Shown here piece after piece: positions 51,039-60,251 of a stretch of 64,000 nucleotides of DNA. The stretch is from Acidobacteriota bacterium (GTDB taxonomy: Bacteria > Acidobacteriota > UBA6911 > RPQK01 > JAJDTT01): contig CBDCJH010000002.1 in assembly GCA_965217775.1 (NCBI GenBank), positions 2,016,001 to 2,080,000 of the forward strand, read 5' to 3'. A model generated the notes under the pieces. That model did no database searches. It was not told where the DNA came from and saw nothing but the letters and a program-made list of their open reading frames with translations. Both the position numbers and the translations under genes were made by a program. Position 1 is the stretch's first letter; each line of letters starts with the position of its first letter.

Positions 51039-51419
51039 ATGAAGCGAGTTCACCAAATCTGTATTTCCTGCGTCCTGCTGGCCGGCTCGATTCTGGTCCT
51101 CGCCGGTCCGGACACCAGGACCGGAGTGCTCATGGACGCGGCCTGCGGCGCCCGTGTTGCGCCCAACGCCGAGAAGACGGCCAAGCACACGGTTGCCTGC
51201 GCCCTGATGGAGAGTTGCAAGGCCAGCGGCTTCGGTCTGGTCCTGGAGGGCCGGTTCCTCAAGTTCGACCCGGCGGGAGACGAGGAGTCCGTGAAGCTGC
51301 TGGAGAACGCCAAGGTCAGGGAGAACTTCCGGGTCGAAGTGACCGGCGAGTTCTCCGAGACCGACGTCAAGGTGTCCGCGCTGAAGGCAGCCAAGCGGGA
51401 GGGGTCGGGTCACAAATAA
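51039..51419 (+). CDS. Small secreted Cys/His-motif protein
   Basis: Signal peptide; DAAC...HTVACALMESCKASGFG. Confidence 0.65.
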   Translation: MKRVHQICISCVLLAGSILVLAGPDTRTGVLMDAACGARVAPNAEKTAKHTVACALMESCKASGFGLVLEGRFLKFDPAGDEESVKLLENAKVRENFRVEVTGEFSETDVKVSALKAAKREGSGHK

Positions 51420-52079
51420 TCGGTTCGTCCGCGCTCAAGAGGCCTTGAGGACTGCTTCGGTTAGTGACGTAACCCGATTGTTTGAAGGAGTTACCTATTT
51501 GCCCCGGTGCTCTTCCCCCCCATTCCGTCCACCGGGACGAAACGGATTCCCCTGACCCTTCGTGGCCGTGACCGGACGCGTCACCCCGGATTGTTTCGCG
51601 TCCGATGCTCCCGAGCCCGAGCGGCTGAACGCGGAGTCGGTGAGGCTCCGATCCGTACCACCCGTGCCCAACCGACCCGGTGACACCCCGCCCAGCCAGC
51701 GGGTAGCACCTCCAATTGTTCGAGCACCGACTGCGTCGTCTTCCTAACTGAACGCACGTTCACTTCATGCACATCGCGGGCGAGCCAGATCAATTCCGTC
51801 TACCACCTGCACGGCTTCGACGGCTCGGTTCCCGTACCGACTTCCATAATCCTCCTGGTCGGCCTACTGGCCCGCCTCTCTCGCCCTTCCACCAGGCACC
51901 CTGCTCTTCATCACCCGAGCAACCTCGTTAAGTCGGGGCTTGCTGGCAAAATACGACGTGTGCCGCAGCCGGGTTGCTGCTGTGCCCTCCCAATTGCCGC
52001 GAGTGAGGAGTGGTCCACAGCCAAGCCGACCGGTACGACAGGCCGTGGGCGTTAGCTTACCGCAGAACAAGGAAACCAC

Positions 52080-54245
52080 ATGACCGAATCGACACCGGGT
52101 CCATCCATTGCTGACGAAGGCCTGATAGCCGACATCGCCGCCAAGCACGGAAACGCAGCGGAATCACCTTTCGCCAACCTGACCAGCACGAACGCCGTCG
52201 GTCAGGTGCTGCTGTTGGATTATGACGCCGCCACCCTGGCGGTTCACGACTACCACAGGGAGCGTGCAGGGGGTTTGGCGCGCGGTATGTTCCTGATCTC
52301 AGGTTCCCCGCCCTCAAGCGAGGAAGCCACCTTTGTGCTGATGCGGGTGGCCGGGGCGAAGCGTCTCGCGAACCAGACCACCACCGATGAGGCGCGCCTT
52401 ACGGCTGCGCGCGAAAGCATCGGCCGGGAACTCTGGTCGGAGAAGCTCGCCACGTGGGTCGCGGACGAGATCGCGCTGGGCGGTGTGGAGGCTCGAATCC
52501 TCGGAACCATGACTTGGACCACCGGCGGAGTTCTACGGTTCGCCGAGGACATCGCCAACTACTACTCGGCGCGAGGGGCGTACGTCTGGAAGCCCACGGG
52601 TTCACTACTCGAGAGCATCGTCAATCTGACCCACCGGGGGAACAGCCTCGACCTGTCGGAACTGGGCATCTCCGCGGATTCGGGCGTTCGAGTCCGCATC
52701 GCGGAGACCCGCTTCGCGGCCGCTGAACCGCAGGGTGACAGCAGCGTGCACGTCCCCGTTCGGATCGATCCCACCGATCTGCTTAAGCGACGCACGGCGT
52801 TCTTCGGAATGTCTCGCAGCGGGAAGTCCAACGCGATGAAGATCACGGCCCAAGCCGTCTACCTGCTCCGCGAGGAGTACCGGGAATTCAGGGTTGGCCA
52901 GCTCATCTTCGACCCCAACGGTGAGTACGCCCAGGACAACCCGCAGGACGGGCGCGGCCTCCACCGCATCCATGAGCTGATGGGCGAACGGCGGCGTGGA
53001 GAGGTCGAGACGTACGGAACGTATGCTCCCCCCACCGACCCGGACCGCAAGATCACGAAGATCAACTTCTTCGGGAATCTGGTTCCTCCGTATCGCCGGA
53101 CCGATCTTGAGTTTGTAGAGAAGGCGCTGGAGCAGCTCGACGTGGGCCGCAAACTCATTCGGGAAAGGATGTCCGCAGAAACCACCCGGTTCACGACCAA
53201 CTTTCGCGACGCCGACCTATCGATTCCTGCGAATCTCAATGATCGTAGCGTCGCGACCCGTTTCCACCGTGCCGTAGTCGTCCATCAGACGGCGTTGGCG
53301 GCAGCAGGTTTCGACGCTCCATCGAGGCCCAATCTCATTGGTCTCTTCGGAAGGAAGCTGCTCGACGCGCTTCGTTCTGACGAGAACGACAAATCGGGCA
53401 ACGCCAGCCAGTATAGGCGGGCGGCCGATGTCCTGAGCGAGACTGTGCCGTCGTGGGATCGCCTCAGAGCTGCGTTCGAGGCGCTTGACAAGTTCATCAA
53501 CGACAAGAAGAGCTGCTACGACTCGTTCGAGGAGGCGTACACAAGGACCTCCACCTCCGGAGAGGACTGGGCAGACCCGCGCCTGAAGTCCGTCCTCAGT
53601 ATCTTCCGCACTCCCAACGGTGTTCTAACCTTCCAAGACCTGCGCGACCAGCACTCGAGCGCTACGGCTTCCGACTACGCCGACGACATCGTCGCGGACC
53701 TGAAAGCGGGGAAGCTTGTGATTTTCGACCAGTCGATCGGAGATCCCGAACTCAACCGACGGGCCGCCGAACGCATCATGTGGAAAGTCTTTCGCAAACA
53801 GCAGCGGATGTTCACATCGGGCGAGGATCTCCCGCCATGGGAGCGGCATGTCCTGGTGTACGTCGAGGAGGCCCACAATCTTCTGCCGCGCGGCGGAAGC
53901 AAGGATGTCCTGGCCACGGTGTGGGCGCGAGCAGCCAAGGAGGGCGGGAAGATGAACCTCGGGATGGTCTTGGCCACTCAGGCTCCGAGCTCGGTCCTTC
54001 CCGAGATCCTGAGCGAGACCGACAACTGGTTCATCTCGCACCTGAACTCGGACAACGAAGCCAAGGTAGTGGAGCGCTACTTGGACTTCGCCGACTTCAT
54101 CCCCCAGATTCGCCGGGTGTCCGAGCCGGGCTTCATCAGACTTCGGACCCTGTCCTCGGGATACACCGTGCCGGTTCAGTTGGACCGGTTTCGACTTCCG
54201 GATGCTCCATCCGAGCCGAGCGACGACCCCGGGACTTCGCGCTGA
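52080..54245 (+). CDS. HerA/FtsK-like ATPase (DUF87 type)
   Basis: HAS-barrel-like N-terminus, Walker A GMSRSGKS, IFDPNGEY, Walker B VYVEEAHN, AKEGGK, ATQAPS. Confidence 0.88.
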   Translation: MTESTPGPSIADEGLIADIAAKHGNAAESPFANLTSTNAVGQVLLLDYDAATLAVHDYHRERAGGLARGMFLISGSPPSSEEATFVLMRVAGAKRLANQTTTDEARLTAARESIGRELWSEKLATWVADEIALGGVEARILGTMTWTTGGVLRFAEDIANYYSARGAYVWKPTGSLLESIVNLTHRGNSLDLSELGISADSGVRVRIAETRFAAAEPQGDSSVHVPVRIDPTDLLKRRTAFFGMSRSGKSNAMKITAQAVYLLREEYREFRVGQLIFDPNGEYAQDNPQDGRGLHRIHELMGERRRGEVETYGTYAPPTDPDRKITKINFFGNLVPPYRRTDLEFVEKALEQLDVGRKLIRERMSAETTRFTTNFRDADLSIPANLNDRSVATRFHRAVVVHQTALAAAGFDAPSRPNLIGLFGRKLLDALRSDENDKSGNASQYRRAADVLSETVPSWDRLRAAFEALDKFINDKKSCYDSFEEAYTRTSTSGEDWADPRLKSVLSIFRTPNGVLTFQDLRDQHSSATASDYADDIVADLKAGKLVIFDQSIGDPELNRRAAERIMWKVFRKQQRMFTSGEDLPPWERHVLVYVEEAHNLLPRGGSKDVLATVWARAAKEGGKMNLGMVLATQAPSSVLPEILSETDNWFISHLNSDNEAKVVERYLDFADFIPQIRRVSEPGFIRLRTLSSGYTVPVQLDRFRLPDAPSEPSDDPGTSR

Positions 54246-55543
54246 TGCCCTATCCGAACGAGCGCGCCGGCTTTTCTGCTTTGGAAGACCTGGAGCGTCG
54301 CCGGATCGTCGAGGCGTTTGGAGATCGACTTGCGCAAGGAGTCAATCTTCCGCTCCAGCCGCTGCCTCCCTTCGAGCCGTTTCCGCAGCACAGACCAAGA
54401 CCCGTCGTCGTAGCGTTGGACGGGTCCAGCATCTACCACCGCATTCCAGCTCGACTGCCTGCAACTGAGGCGGGGTTGTTGTCCATTGCAATCGTCCGGA
54501 TCGATGTCCACCGGCTGGCGAATCTTGCTCAACTTCCCGAGAGCGGTGCGGTCGATCCGGTCCAGCTTCGTGATACCGAGGACGCCAGCACGCTGCAACT
54601 GGCTCTCCCCGGCCGCAACGCCCGATCGGCGGACGGTCAGTTGTCCCGCGATTGGTTTCGCAGTGTAGTCCAGGAAGTATTGGAATCGGGACATTTCGGG
54701 GGCGAGACTCTTGCAGAGACGCTCCACGCTCTCTTGGAAAAGACGCGCAACATCAAGTGCCCTAACCTCCTTTGTAACTCGAGACCCCTTACTCCACCGC
54801 CGGGCCGGATGCGATCACGGTGCCGGGGCTGTGGCACCATCGTACTTCTGTCGGACGCCCTTCGCGCGCAGGAGATCTTCAGCGACGAACAGCCATGCGG
54901 CGACGCTCATGGCCGCATTCGCCAAGCCTTCGAAATTCTGTGCTTGATGAACCTGTTGCGCGGCCTTGTTCAAACCGGGAACGGAAGAGCGGCCCTGCGC
55001 CGCATCGCATTCGTACTCGATGGCCCGCTGGCAGCATTCAGCACGATAGCCGCACTCCAGCCGGGAGTTCTACGGGAACTTGACCGAATCGACCGCCTGC
55101 TGTCACCGGGTCGCCTGCTGGTCATGTCCGCTGTCAAGACAGGTTCCTTCGTGCAGCACTTCTCAGAGCTGGACGAGGCCCCGGCACCGGATTCTCGCAT
55201 TCCGCGGGGCACGGCGTTCCTTCCCGACGACGACTACATCCGCGAGAACATCATTGCGCGGACCACGGACCAACCGTGGGGCCAGATCACTTACTTTGGG
55301 CGGCCTCTCGTGGTGAAGACCCACGACGGCCAGAGGTTGTTTCTCAACCTTGCACAGCCGGAAGCGGATCCGCCCCTCACGAACGCGCCCCGGCCCGTTG
55401 TGCTGAATGAGGCGATCGCCACTGCCGCGCGCCTTGGCGTCGGGCGCCACGAGTTTCTCCCGCTCCGGCGAGCCCACGCGAAGGCGGCCATTCCGCTCCG
55501 AATCGGTACAGCCATCATCGAGAGCCTGGCGAGACCACAATGA
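54245..55543 (+). CDS. NurA-like nuclease (RNase H fold) with a Cys4 insert
   Basis: VALDGS, VLDGPL, AVKTG, PLRRAH; CPNLLC...CRGC; TGATG coupling to the HerA gene. Confidence 0.75.
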   Translation: MPYPNERAGFSALEDLERRRIVEAFGDRLAQGVNLPLQPLPPFEPFPQHRPRPVVVALDGSSIYHRIPARLPATEAGLLSIAIVRIDVHRLANLAQLPESGAVDPVQLRDTEDASTLQLALPGRNARSADGQLSRDWFRSVVQEVLESGHFGGETLAETLHALLEKTRNIKCPNLLCNSRPLTPPPGRMRSRCRGCGTIVLLSDALRAQEIFSDEQPCGDAHGRIRQAFEILCLMNLLRGLVQTGNGRAALRRIAFVLDGPLAAFSTIAALQPGVLRELDRIDRLLSPGRLLVMSAVKTGSFVQHFSELDEAPAPDSRIPRGTAFLPDDDYIRENIIARTTDQPWGQITYFGRPLVVKTHDGQRLFLNLAQPEADPPLTNAPRPVVLNEAIATAARLGVGRHEFLPLRRAHAKAAIPLRIGTAIIESLARPQ

Positions 55544-56709
55544 CCACCTACGGCATCTCCCGGCTCCCTTGGCCGGCGCGCACGCCGCAGCATCGATGGT
55601 ATGGCTTGGGGCGCTACTACGCGATGTTCCCGGCGCCATTCGTCTCAAGTGCCGTCGAGGAATTCACGGGCCGCGGCGATGTGGTGATGGATCCCTTCTC
55701 GGGCAGGGGCAACGCCCCATACCTAGCCGCGGCCATGGGAAGGCCGAGCATCGCCGTGGACATTCTTCCCGTTGCGTGGCTATTTACCACCGCCAAGCTC
55801 AAGCCGTCGCGAAGCGCCGACCCCGTATTAGCGCGCCTGCGAGACATGCAGCGTTCGGTGCGGCCACAGGACCGCAAGTCCCGAAGCAAGTTCGAGACTA
55901 TGGCCTGGGCACCCGCCGTCCGGGGCTTCCTTCGCGCAGCCCGCCGAGAGCTGGACTGGAAGGAGACCCGCGCGGATCGCACCCTAATAGCGATCATCGC
56001 CCTGCACATGCAAGACAGCGGTCCCAACGGCCTGTCCAATCGGCTCTCCCCTACCGTGGCGCACTCGCCGTCATACGCCGTGCGTTGGTGGACCAGGCGA
56101 GGGCTTCTCCGTCCTCCCCAAACCGACCCAGTGGCCTTTCTCGCCGACCGGATCCGGTGGAGGTACACTTTCGGGATCCCGGATCTCGCTCGTTCCTTCA
56201 CCAGCTTGGGTGATGCCAGGAAAGAGCTCGAAGAGATGCCAAGGCACGACGTCAGGTTGCTCATTACATCGCCGCCGTACCACGGCGTGACCGACTATTG
56301 GAACGACCAATGGATTCGCCTCTGGCTTCTTGGAGCGAACATGCGCAAGAATTGGAAGCGGACGCAGAAGCACTCCAACCTTGCCGCCTACCGTGCATTG
56401 ATAGGGGATGTCTTCGCACGCACCAGAAGACATGTCCGCGCAGACGGCGTGGTCATCGTTCGGTGCGGCGACAAACCAACCACCGCGGACACCTGCAGGA
56501 AGGCGATTCAGTCCGCGTGGCCCTCGTGGGAGATTTTCGAGAGGCGGACCGAGGTGCGGCGACGCGGAACGGCAAGCGGCTACGGCCATGGTGCGAAGGT
56601 CATCCACGAAAAGGACATCGTTGCTGCTTCGCAGGAGTTGTCCGACAAGGCCCGCTCCTGGGCGGACAGCTCCCCCGACTCTAACCATCGAGAATCGAAC
56701 CGGAGCTAG
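55540..56709 (+). CDS. DNA amino-methyltransferase (probable m4C, alpha-type motif order)
   Basis: YYAMFP, motif I MDPFSGRG, motif IV ITSPPY; ATGA coupling to the nuclease gene. Confidence 0.85.
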   Translation: MTTYGISRLPWPARTPQHRWYGLGRYYAMFPAPFVSSAVEEFTGRGDVVMDPFSGRGNAPYLAAAMGRPSIAVDILPVAWLFTTAKLKPSRSADPVLARLRDMQRSVRPQDRKSRSKFETMAWAPAVRGFLRAARRELDWKETRADRTLIAIIALHMQDSGPNGLSNRLSPTVAHSPSYAVRWWTRRGLLRPPQTDPVAFLADRIRWRYTFGIPDLARSFTSLGDARKELEEMPRHDVRLLITSPPYHGVTDYWNDQWIRLWLLGANMRKNWKRTQKHSNLAAYRALIGDVFARTRRHVRADGVVIVRCGDKPTTADTCRKAIQSAWPSWEIFERRTEVRRRGTASGYGHGAKVIHEKDIVAASQELSDKARSWADSSPDSNHRESNRS

Positions 56710-56759
56710 CGAATGACGAGGCGTTTGCCCACATTACCGGTCCACCCAACCCACCCGCG

Positions 56760-57118
56760 CCTCCTGGCCAAGGACCTCCTCACTGTCACCGCGGCGTGCG
56801 GCGGCGATGGCGGGGGAGACGGAGCGGGCGCCGCGCCATCAAGGTCGATGCGATCTTCGACCTGAGGGGGTCCACCGCCGACGTGGGGCCCGACTACGTT
56901 GGAGGCATGCGCGGCTACACCGACTGGACGAACATGCAAGGCGAGATCGAGGGCGGCCGATCGAGCAGATCTACAAGGATTGCGTCTGTCAGGCCCGACG
57001 CGCGGAGCAACTCGACGGCCAATTCGTCATCGAGCCCGCGATGACCTTCATGTGACGGGGCACCGGCGACACCGAGGAGTTGCGGCCCTCCATCGACGAG
57101 GGCGAAGTGCCCTTCAGT
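56760..57118 (+). pseudogene. Remnant of a branched-chain amino acid-type ABC substrate-binding lipoprotein
   Basis: TAACGG; IKVDAIFDLRGSTADVG...GEIE; GRPIEQIYKD; GTGDTEELRP, broken by frameshifts and a stop. Confidence 0.6.
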
Positions 57119-57170
57119 TTACCGCCGAGTCCTTCCCGCATGGGACGGTTGATGCCCGTCGGCCATCCCG

Positions 57171-59972
57171 CTACTCGGCCAAGAGACGGACCTGTTCCAG
57201 AACCGGAGTGCTTCCCCCATCCGGAGTGGTGAACAGAACCCGATATTGCAACCACCGGTCCCGTTCTCCGACCCGAATCTCACCCCCCGTGACATCAAAG
57301 TACCCTTCCTGACCTCCGGGTCCCGTCCAGCCGGACTGCTCCAGCTCCGCGTTCGAACCGGCGCTTCGGACCTGGAAGCGGATCGCGGTTCCATGGGGCG
57401 TTCGGGCTTTCCACTCCAGACGTCCGGACCGCACTCCGTCGGGGATCTCCAACGGCGCCGACGTGTACTCCTCCTCCAGACGCCGGTGGTAGATGTTGCC
57501 CACGTCGTGGCTGGTGCTGAAGTGGGGACCGAAACTCTGGATCCAGTCGCGGCGGGAGTAGGAATACCCCTCCTCCCCGCCCCAGAAAATGTTGGTGCCC
57601 ACGGCGTGGTCTCCGCGCTCCACGTGGTTGACCACGATCAGGTCCAGCCAGCGATCCTGGTTCAGATCGGCCACGGTGAGCGCCAGGGTGGACTCGCCCG
57701 GAAGAGTGGACCGGCGCGATTCGCTGTAGCTCCCGTCCGGACCGCCCCAGTAGATGAGGACGGGAAGCGAGCGGGTGGTGTACCCGTGGTAGTTGGTCAT
57801 CACGATGTCCAGGTACCCGTCCCGATTCAGGTCCGCCACCGATTGCTCTTCCGATTCAAAGGCCTCCAACTCCAGCGACCTTTTTTCCGAAAATCCGTCC
57901 CGGCTTCCCCACAGCAGCGTGGTCTTGCGCATGGGCCGGCCGAACCGCTCCGGGTCGTAGACCGCTCCCAGGATCAGGTCCAGCCAGCCGTCGGCGTTCA
58001 GGTCGGCGATCTCGGCGGTTGAGGCCGAGTGGACCTTCAGATGGAGGCGCCGATCCTCAACGTAGTTCCCCGATTCATCGCCCCAGAAGATCTCCGTATT
58101 GGGGGAATCGACGTCCGTGAAGATCAGGTCCAGGAAACCGTCGCGGTTGAAATCGGCCAGCGAGCTCACCATGGGACGCCGGCAACGGAGTGGCAAACGG
58201 GTTTCGCGGTCCGACCGGAAACCTGCCTGCCCACCCCAACGAATGAGACCCGTCGGATCGGGGGTGGTCGCGTCGGCCGAGCCGACGGCCACCACCAGAT
58301 CCAGGTGTCCGTCGCGATTCAGATCCGCAGTGGTGACCGAATAACCGCCGGTTTCAAGTTCCTCCGTACGGTCGGCAACGTAGCCGGCCGGATTTCCCCA
58401 GTAGACCCGTCCGGCGGGAAAGACCAGATCCACCCAGCCGTCCTGGTTCAGGTCGGCCTTGGTCATTAGTCCGCCCGTTCCCGGGAGCGCAGTCACGGAG
58501 GCCGTCGAGTAGTGATGCCGGGAATTCCCCCAGTAGATGAGGGAGTCGATGCGCCCGTGGGTGCCGCTGGAGCGGTTGATCAGCACCAGATCCGCATGTC
58601 CGTCCCGATTCAGGTCGCCTCCGCTGGCGCTCACGGGGCCGAAACCCTGGAGTTCCTTCCGGTGCGCCGGGTCGAACCCTTGGGGCCCGTTCCAGTAGAG
58701 GTAGGAATTCACATCATAGGTCTCGCCGCCATACTCGTTGGCGAAGACCAGATCCACCCACCCATCCCGGTTGTAGTCGGCCAACACCGCATCCGTGGCC
58801 GCCAGCGTGGGCAACTCGCTCCGGCGCTCCGGCGAGAACCCCGCCTGGCCGTTCCAGTAGACGTAGGAAGAGGAACCACGGCTGTTGGGCAGCACCAGCT
58901 CGGGAAGTCCGTCCCGGTTCAGGTCGCCCGTCCGGCTCTGCTTGGCTCCCTCTGCCGGCAATTCGATCCACGGCTTCCGGGCCGGTCCCCGCTCGCTTCC
59001 CCGGTGAAGCACCACCCGATCATCACTGTGGTTCAGAGTCAGATCCAGATGACCGTCCTGGTCCAAGTCGGCCAGATGGGCGCCGATGGGGTCGCCCCCC
59101 ATCCATTCGTCGCGCTCGGCACTTATGCCCTCCAGGCCTCCACGGTACAGGTAGGCACTCTTGTGCTGGGAATTGTTGTTGACAAAGACCAGATCCGCGT
59201 ACCCGTCTCCGTCCATGTCTCCCGCCGCGCAGTCGGCGGCGCTGACGGTCTCCACGACGCTGCGCCGTGACGTATCGAACCCCCGGGGGCCGTTCCAGTA
59301 GACGTATGACTCCAGGTGACGATCGAATCCGAAACGCTCGCCGCCTTCAATGCCCCGATTCGAAAAGGCCAGATCCACGAACCCGTCGCCGTTGAAGTCC
59401 CCGGCTGCCACTCCCCCAGCCAGAATCGTGGGCAGCTCGGTCCGGTGCTCCGCCTGGTAGCCGTTGGCGCCTCCCCAGTAGATGAGAGCCGACATGTCCT
59501 CCGAGTAGTTGTGGATGAAGTTGCAGAAGACGAGCTCAGGAAAGGAATCCTGGTTCAGATCCACCACGAGAGAACGGCCGCCGCCCGGGCTGGGCAACCG
59601 CGTCACCCCTCTTTCCCGGAGGCGGATCTGGCGGAGCAAGCGAGCAAGTGGCTGGTGGTCCGGAAGGTCCGGCAGGATGGACTCGGGTCCCCCGGTTCGA
59701 CCCCAGTAGACCAGGATGTCGGCGTTCTCCAGGACATCGTGGTCCTGACCCAGCAGGACATCCAGGTAACCATCGTTGTTCAGATCCCAACGGTGGATCA
59801 TCTCGACCGTCCCGGAGCGGGTCGCGTAGAGGTTGACCCCGCCGTCGCCCAGACGCCCCGCCGAGAAATCCTGGAAGGTGCTGTGGGTCACCCATGCCTG
59901 CTCCGCTCCCGCCGCAGTCGGTGCGGCCGTCACCACCGCAGCCAGGACCAGGAATCCGAACAATCTGCTCAT
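57171..59972 (-). CDS. Secreted FG-GAP/VCBS repeat protein
   Basis: Signal peptide; many DLNxDGxxDL repeats, each followed by YWG/YWN. Confidence 0.88.
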   Translation of the reverse strand: MSRLFGFLVLAAVVTAAPTAAGAEQAWVTHSTFQDFSAGRLGDGGVNLYATRSGTVEMIHRWDLNNDGYLDVLLGQDHDVLENADILVYWGRTGGPESILPDLPDHQPLARLLRQIRLRERGVTRLPSPGGGRSLVVDLNQDSFPELVFCNFIHNYSEDMSALIYWGGANGYQAEHRTELPTILAGGVAAGDFNGDGFVDLAFSNRGIEGGERFGFDRHLESYVYWNGPRGFDTSRRSVVETVSAADCAAGDMDGDGYADLVFVNNNSQHKSAYLYRGGLEGISAERDEWMGGDPIGAHLADLDQDGHLDLTLNHSDDRVVLHRGSERGPARKPWIELPAEGAKQSRTGDLNRDGLPELVLPNSRGSSSYVYWNGQAGFSPERRSELPTLAATDAVLADYNRDGWVDLVFANEYGGETYDVNSYLYWNGPQGFDPAHRKELQGFGPVSASGGDLNRDGHADLVLINRSSGTHGRIDSLIYWGNSRHHYSTASVTALPGTGGLMTKADLNQDGWVDLVFPAGRVYWGNPAGYVADRTEELETGGYSVTTADLNRDGHLDLVVAVGSADATTPDPTGLIRWGGQAGFRSDRETRLPLRCRRPMVSSLADFNRDGFLDLIFTDVDSPNTEIFWGDESGNYVEDRRLHLKVHSASTAEIADLNADGWLDLILGAVYDPERFGRPMRKTTLLWGSRDGFSEKRSLELEAFESEEQSVADLNRDGYLDIVMTNYHGYTTRSLPVLIYWGGPDGSYSESRRSTLPGESTLALTVADLNQDRWLDLIVVNHVERGDHAVGTNIFWGGEEGYSYSRRDWIQSFGPHFSTSHDVGNIYHRRLEEEYTSAPLEIPDGVRSGRLEWKARTPHGTAIRFQVRSAGSNAELEQSGWTGPGGQEGYFDVTGGEIRVGERDRWLQYRVLFTTPDGGSTPVLEQVRLLAE

Positions 59973-60251
59973 GACTGGTCCTCCTGGTTCACCGTGCATG
60001 CGGGCCAGTACAGCACACCGGGTAGCAGTGAGGAAGGGGTCCCGTTTTCGTGGACGATTCGGATTCGGCGGAAACGCGGGGTGCGCCCCGCTCTGCGGCC
60101 AACAATCATAGCGGCTGGGTGGAATATTCACAACAATGACACGTAAATGACTCGAATGTTCACTCCATATTCACTCCAGAGGACTATACTTCTATCTTGA
60201 TCGTTCAATAGCTTCTGTTCACTTCGATACTCACTCATTGGAAGAAAGAGC

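Noticed and set aside
57171-59972. FG-GAP protein as a fourth component of the HerA-NurA-methyltransferase system
   Set aside because: It is on the opposite strand, secreted, has host-like codon usage, and is separated from the operon by a pseudogene.
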